Source of the DNA: Sedimentisphaerales bacterium
GTDB taxonomy: Bacteria; Planctomycetota; Phycisphaerae; Sedimentisphaerales; SM23-30
NCBI GenBank assembly: GCA_963666285.1
Contig: OY762711.1
Direction: 5' to 3' (one strand)
Length of the DNA: 64,000 nucleotides
The notes below the pieces were generated by a model. The model was not told where the DNA came from. It saw only the letters and a list, made by a program, of their open reading frames with translations, and did no database searches. This document shows positions 58,785 through 64,000 of this stretch, one piece after another (positions within the stretch are counted from its first letter, which is position 1; every line of letters starts with the position of its first letter). The translations under genes were made by a program, and so were the position numbers.

Positions 58785-60656
58785 CTATTGATTAATGACT
58801 TCTGGTAAACTCGTCAGCCAGTTAATTCCGGTGCTTCTAGCAGTTTTAGATGCAGCCGGTGATATATTGTCCAGTTTTGACAATGTGTAATCATCTTTTT
58901 CTGTAGTATAACTAAATGCGATTCTACCATTACCATCACTGCTTTCAATTATAATCTCTTTTAGTAGGTCCTTGTATAAATCGATAGTATATATTAACTT
59001 GCAGCTAACATCTTTTGTTACTGTAATCCTGACATCCTTGTCGCCAGGTAATAGCTCTGTCGTAAAATGCAGATTTTCTTGTATGGCATCCCGTCTGATA
59101 GTATCGATCGTATGCAGTCCGCTCCATGGCCTTCCTAAGCCATGGAATAAGCTGCCGCCTGAATATGCGGCTTTTTCTGTTCCTCCGACTTTGATTTCGG
59201 CATAAATACCGGTATCAATTATTGTCGCTTTACCTCCAATTTTCATTTTTAACTGCGGCCGGTTATGATTATAACTGGTGTAATTGAATGGGATTCTGCC
59301 TTCACCTGTAATCTTGTTATTGCCAAGATTTCCACTTAATGTAAAATATGCCCAGCCTTGCTGGTGGATTTCATCTCTCTGGTCAATAATGACAGAGTTT
59401 ATCGGCCAGTCGCATTTGAAGTAATCTTCACCCAGAAGGTTATAGTTCCTCAGCATTTTCCATTCTGCTTTGCTTTTGTTATCTTGAAAACCTTCCAGGA
59501 CAATAAGAAGGCCTTTTGTCGATTTATTACATCCAATTGGCGGATTGGCCCATCCTTGATATCTTTCTAATTTATTCGTAAAAGCTGTCGTGTCAGTTGG
59601 CAGCTGCATTACTGACAGGTCTGGGTAGAAGTATTTATAACTCTTAAGGTATATTTTATTATCTGAATATGGGCTGAAATAGCTTCCCAGGTGATTTTGT
59701 AAAAGCAGGCATTGTGACACATGGTTCTCAGAGTCTACGGCTATCTGCTGGCTCATTACCGCTCCGTTTGGGCCCTGTGGGTAATAATACCAGTGTTGGA
59801 TCGGGATATTATCTTTTTTGATAAGCCTTAAATCGGAGATAATTACATTTGCACTTTTGCTGTTTATATCAGTTGTATTAGGTAGTAAATCTTTGTTAAA
59901 TATCAGATTCCCGCTGTATAAAGCTGCAAGTACTGTATATGCTAGTATTGCGGTCTTTCCGCTTAGTATGCTTACTGTCGTTGCTGTTGTTCCTACGGCC
60001 AGGGAAGATGAACTGATTGTTATATTTGCAGCCGCAGCCTCAGTCCCTGCTGTCATCTTACCAAAGACTGTCAAGGCAATTACTATTGAAAGACCTGAAT
60101 AACCATTATTGGATAGGCGTTTTGCTAGTGATTTCTTTGCCCGAAAGAATTTCATTCTCACGGTGAAAATATTGAGACCAAGTGCTTCTGCAATTTCAGC
60201 ATATTCCATTTTGTCATAACAACGCATGCTTAAAATTGCCCTGTGTTCGGGCTTAAGGCTTGCGATTGATTTGGAGATGGACTGTTGCAGCTCATTTGTA
60301 ATTACTGCTGCCAGCCCGTCAGTATCTTCCTGGCATTCCGGTGGTCCATCAAAATCATCCAGGGATAAGGTTCTGTGTCTGGAGGCACTTCGTTTTGCAT
60401 GCCTGATCTTATTAAATGCTATTCCATATAGCCACGGCCAGAACCTGCTTGGTTCTCGCAGCTTGTCGATAATCTGGCACATTTCCAGTAAAACTTCCTG
60501 GACTATATCCTGTGCCAGCTCTTCTCTCAACACAATTCGATACACGTGTCTTTGCAGCGGCGCAATTGCCAGCTCTGACAGTTTCTCAAGACTCTGTTTA
60601 TCTCCTTGCCTGGCTTGCTTCACTAGGCTGATTGAAATGTCTTCTTTTGCATACAT
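58785..60656 (-). CDS. ECF sigma-70 factor fused to hydrophobic segments and a ~370 aa C-terminal domain
   Basis: LV.QARQGD..., A.DIVQE, F.PWLYGIA.N (region 2); L.PEHR.IL.MR...EY.EIAEALG...TV....FRAKK.L (region 4); followed by an Ala/Thr-rich hydrophobic stretch. Confidence 0.9.
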   Translation of the reverse strand: MYAKEDISISLVKQARQGDKQSLEKLSELAIAPLQRHVYRIVLREELAQDIVQEVLLEMCQIIDKLREPSRFWPWLYGIAFNKIRHAKRSASRHRTLSLDDFDGPPECQEDTDGLAAVITNELQQSISKSIASLKPEHRAILSMRCYDKMEYAEIAEALGLNIFTVRMKFFRAKKSLAKRLSNNGYSGLSIVIALTVFGKMTAGTEAAAANITISSSSLAVGTTATTVSILSGKTAILAYTVLAALYSGNLIFNKDLLPNTTDINSKSANVIISDLRLIKKDNIPIQHWYYYPQGPNGAVMSQQIAVDSENHVSQCLLLQNHLGSYFSPYSDNKIYLKSYKYFYPDLSVMQLPTDTTAFTNKLERYQGWANPPIGCNKSTKGLLIVLEGFQDNKSKAEWKMLRNYNLLGEDYFKCDWPINSVIIDQRDEIHQQGWAYFTLSGNLGNNKITGEGRIPFNYTSYNHNRPQLKMKIGGKATIIDTGIYAEIKVGGTEKAAYSGGSLFHGLGRPWSGLHTIDTIRRDAIQENLHFTTELLPGDKDVRITVTKDVSCKLIYTIDLYKDLLKEIIIESSDGNGRIAFSYTTEKDDYTLSKLDNISPAASKTARSTGINWLTSLPEVINQ

Positions 60657-60770
60657 ATTTACGATTCATATTGCTGATTTACCCGAATTAGATTAGCGGC
60701 TGTTTAGTTTCGTTTTCCTTTTTGTTTTTATAGATCGGGTAATTCGATACATTGTAGGTGTATCTATATA

Positions 60771-60798
60771 TATGTGCCTCAAAAAATAGGAATATAAC
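60771..60798 (-). promoter_or_regulatory. Candidate ECF promoter motif, sigma-gene side
   Basis: GTTATAT-tcctatttttt-GAGGCACATA (minus strand), 115 bp upstream of the sigma ATG. Confidence 0.5.
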
Positions 60799-60877
60799 GC
60801 GAAATAATAAAAAATTTATAAATTCTGACAAATTCATTATACAAAAAAGAAAAATCATTAAAAAATGAAAAAATTTT

Positions 60878-60905
60878 GTTATATCTTGCTGTTTTGTGGA
60901 ACAAA
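60878..60905 (+). promoter_or_regulatory. Candidate ECF promoter motif, GEVED-gene side
   Basis: GTTATAT-cttgctgtttt-GTGGAACAAA, 113 bp upstream of ATG 61018. Confidence 0.5.
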
Positions 60906-61017
60906 CATTATGAACGGCCTTATTTTTTACTGTAAGTCTTACAAAAGGTTTTTTGCGGATAAGCTTCTGCTTGTCCTGGTTGAATTATTGTAAATTATTG
61001 TTAAAGGAGCACTTACC

Positions 61018-64000
61018 ATGTCTAAACGAAAACTTACTTTCTTTTTACTGCTTATATCATTAATTTGTTCTCCGGTTTTTGCTCATTGGGTACCGGATGA
61101 TGGGCACAAAATGCATTACCCGCAGCTGCCTGACCCGAAAGGCTGGGATGTGCCTTTATATCCTATTATGCTGGCAGATGATTTCAAATGCGGACAGTCC
61201 GGTCTAATTACAGATATACATTTCTGGGTTTCATGGAAGGATGATGTTGTAGGTGAAATATATGATTGGTATATTGCAATTCATAAAGATGCCGATGGTA
61301 GGCCCGGAGATATCCTGTGGAAATATCAGGGAGGTGAAATTGCTCTCAGGCATGAAGAACCTTCTTTGCAAGGATGGATAAATCCTTTTGGTGAAACTGA
61401 TGATGAAAAGTTCATTCCCGATAATCATACTAAGTACACTCTGGTCAATGTGACTGAAATTGAAGAACCTTTCAAGCAGGAAGAAGGCACTATTTACTGG
61501 CTGGTGATTTATGCTTACAGTACGATTGACGCTGATGGTGTTGCCTGCTGTCAGCCCGGATGGAAAACTTCACTTGACCAGTTTAATTATCCGGCAATGT
61601 GGTCGCCGGGGCCATGGTCTGCCAGTCCGATCGGTTGGCAGCCTATTCCAACTCCTTCTTCATTGGAACAGGTAGATTTGGCATTTGTTATAAATTATAC
61701 GGAACAGCCTCAGCGATTACTGGATTTTGGTGATGCTGATGAAACTAAATCTAATTCTTATCCAACTACTTTATTGAGAAATGGTGCCCGTCATTTAATT
61801 GTTCCAGGCGTGTTTATGGGCTCTCCATTGCTGACGTATATTCAGATTGATGATGAATCTGACGGGCAGCCCACTCCGGCATGTAATGGCGATGATTTGG
61901 ATGGAACCGATGATGAGCAAGCTGTAATACTTCCAGCCTTACTTGTTCCCGGTACAACTGCTGAAGCTGATATTTCTGTCTCTACCAAAGGCTTTATTGA
62001 TGCCTGGATTGATTTCAATGCCGATGGTGATTGGGATGATATTGGTGAAAAGATTTTCTATAGCACTCCTGTTGTTGCCGGTTCTAATATATTAAGTTTT
62101 TATGTTCCTGCAACCGTTTCTGATATTGAAGATGGTGAACGTTCGACTTCTGCTCGTTTTCGTTTTAGTACAACTGGTGATCTGAATTATTATGGTTTTG
62201 CATCTGACGGTGAAGTAGAAGATTATATTGTTAAAATCGGCCCTGACCCTCAGCCGCTGATGGATTATGGTGACGCTCCAGATGGTGATTTTGTACCCGG
62301 CGGATATCCTACTTTGTTAATCAATAATGGTGCAAGACATAAGATAAATTATAAAGTCTTTCTTGGCAGATATATTGATCCGGAAAAAGATGGCCAGCCA
62401 ACAAATGCAGCCAATGGTGATGATATTACAGATTTAGCGGATGAGGATGGGGTGTTATTTGCCGGACCACTTGTCCCGGGAGAAAAAACTGAGATAAAAG
62501 TTATTGCTTCTTGCAGTGGACTTTTGTATGCCTGGGTAGATTTCAATGCCAATGGCAGCTGGGCTGATTCAGGCGATATGGTTTTTATTGGTGAACCATT
62601 AGTTGCAGGTGTTAATTATTTGCAAATACCTGTTCCGGTTATAAATCAGGTTGAACCATATGCGACTTATGCCAGGTTCCGTTTCGTTGCTTTAGACACA
62701 ACAACTGTACCTCTTAGCTATGATGGACCGGCAAATGATGGCGAAGTTGAGGATTATATTATCAAAGTCGTACCGGAGCCTTTATACGATTTTGGTGATG
62801 CTCCTGAGCTTAGCTGTGATGATCCTGACGTTATCGGGTGCACCACTTACCCTACGACTCTTGCACGTAACGGGGCCAGGCATTTAGTCAACCGCAGTAT
62901 TTTCCTTGGTCATCCGTATGCTGATTGTATTCAAATTGATGAAGAATATGATGGTCAACCGACCATTGCTGCTGATGGTGATGATCTGGCTGATATTGAT
63001 GATGAGCAGGGTGTATTTTTCCTTACTCCTATAGTTTCCGGCATGCCGGCAAAGGTAACTGTTTGGGCGTCTGTCGATGGTTTCCTTGATGCATGGATAG
63101 ATTTCAATAATGATGGCGACTGGGATGACTACGGCGAACAGATATTTGCTAGCCAGCCCCTTGCTCTAGGCGAAAACGGTCTTGTATTTACTGCTCCGCC
63201 TTATCCTTATACTGTTGTGACTGATACTGAAACCTACGCCAGGTTCAGGTTTAGCACATATGGTGGGCTGAATTATAAGGGGCCTGCCCGTAATGGTGAA
63301 GTAGAAGACTATACTGTCAAAATTGAAGAGCCCGGGCGTCAGTGTGACCTTGGCGATGCTCCCGATAGCACTAACAGCTTCGGCATACCCATGACCGCTT
63401 ATAGTAGTGTAGGGCCGCTGGATGTTGTTGTTAAGGCCAACTATCCGACTGTATATGAGATTGGTTCTCCTTCTCATGGTCCGATACATTTCAATCCTGT
63501 ATTGATTGCACATTTAGGAAAAGGGCTCACCAGAGAGTATGAAGCAGACTATGGTTATGATCAGGATCCGTTAAATAATCTTATACCGCCGAAGGACAGG
63601 GCAAACCTTGATAAGGCAGATGATGGTGTTCGGCTGCCTGTTAATCTGCCGCATCATTACTGGACCGATTTCGATTATATTGTTAGGGTTTACTATCCTA
63701 TGCGTAAGCTGTATGTCAATGCCTGGTTTGATTTTAACCGTGATGGCGATTGGGATGACATTATTCCTTTCAGTAATGATAATCGCGTTAGGGCTAATGA
63801 ATGGGCCGTTCGCAATCAGCTGCTGGCAGGGCTGGTTCCTGGTGTTCATACTATTACTTCCTCACCGTTTATGTCATGGCAGCCGGACTTTGCCGCAGAA
63901 CAAATGCCTGAAATATGGATGAGAATAATGATCACAGAAAAGCCTTGGGAACCGCAGATTTCTGCCGATAATGCCGAAGGTTATGGTGGTTCTGGTCCAA
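61018..64000 (+). CDS. Large secreted GEVED-repeat protein, 3' truncated by the window edge (not in the ORF track)
   Basis: AAAGGAG RBS; MSKRKLTFFLLLISLICSPVFA signal peptide; HKMHYPQLPD..GWDV N-domain; ~180 aa repeats D(F/Y/L)GDA...NGARH...AW(I/V)DFN...ARFRF...GEVEDY (GEVED at ~62209, 62740, 63295; fourth unit partial); no in-frame stop seen. Confidence 0.9.
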   Translation, partial: MSKRKLTFFLLLISLICSPVFAHWVPDDGHKMHYPQLPDPKGWDVPLYPIMLADDFKCGQSGLITDIHFWVSWKDDVVGEIYDWYIAIHKDADGRPGDILWKYQGGEIALRHEEPSLQGWINPFGETDDEKFIPDNHTKYTLVNVTEIEEPFKQEEGTIYWLVIYAYSTIDADGVACCQPGWKTSLDQFNYPAMWSPGPWSASPIGWQPIPTPSSLEQVDLAFVINYTEQPQRLLDFGDADETKSNSYPTTLLRNGARHLIVPGVFMGSPLLTYIQIDDESDGQPTPACNGDDLDGTDDEQAVILPALLVPGTTAEADISVSTKGFIDAWIDFNADGDWDDIGEKIFYSTPVVAGSNILSFYVPATVSDIEDGERSTSARFRFSTTGDLNYYGFASDGEVEDYIVKIGPDPQPLMDYGDAPDGDFVPGGYPTLLINNGARHKINYKVFLGRYIDPEKDGQPTNAANGDDITDLADEDGVLFAGPLVPGEKTEIKVIASCSGLLYAWVDFNANGSWADSGDMVFIGEPLVAGVNYLQIPVPVINQVEPYATYARFRFVALDTTTVPLSYDGPANDGEVEDYIIKVVPEPLYDFGDAPELSCDDPDVIGCTTYPTTLARNGARHLVNRSIFLGHPYADCIQIDEEYDGQPTIAADGDDLADIDDEQGVFFLTPIVSGMPAKVTVWASVDGFLDAWIDFNNDGDWDDYGEQIFASQPLALGENGLVFTAPPYPYTVVTDTETYARFRFSTYGGLNYKGPARNGEVEDYTVKIEEPGRQCDLGDAPDSTNSFGIPMTAYSSVGPLDVVVKANYPTVYEIGSPSHGPIHFNPVLIAHLGKGLTREYEADYGYDQDPLNNLIPPKDRANLDKADDGVRLPVNLPHHYWTDFDYIVRVYYPMRKLYVNAWFDFNRDGDWDDIIPFSNDNRVRANEWAVRNQLLAGLVPGVHTITSSPFMSWQPDFAAEQMPEIWMRIMITEKPWEPQISADNAEGYGGSGP

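Overview
This 64 kb window most likely comes from an anaerobic planctomycete (Phycisphaerae, Sedimentisphaerales-like). That assignment is inferred from an LEPR-XLL-type N-terminus, prepilin/H-X9-DG proteins, LamG and dockerin-like secreted proteins, an enlarged SecA and PFOR. Bases 1-13.4 kb hold a glycan-degradation locus (GH51 3' end, GH43-like x2, GH2-CBM32-GH43 fusion, GH97) that also carries a LamG/Ig protein and a prepilin-type gene but no SusC/D. Next come a GLUG/LamG surface protein, a ~600 bp mosaic of palindromes and heptamer repeats, and a structured ~360 nt leader ahead of a 3194 aa acidic surface protein. The middle holds apbE, an EF-G2 paralog, a GAF-PP2C, nifJ, a second GLUG protein, a redoxin, secA, GNAT, TIGR00341, a PQQ-like propeller, a Nif11-like protein, DUF1638, ftsK with acidic tracts and a GH3. 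At the right end, an ECF sigma with a large C-terminal extension, a beta-helix protein and a prepilin are divergent from a GEVED-repeat protein (absent from the ORF track); a shared 28 bp motif points at each side. A 50 bp intergenic element with compensatory stem changes occurs at 4.5 and 39.5 kb. No rRNA, tRNA, CRISPR array, transposase or reverse transcriptase was seen. All family calls are by eye from motifs, not from database searches.
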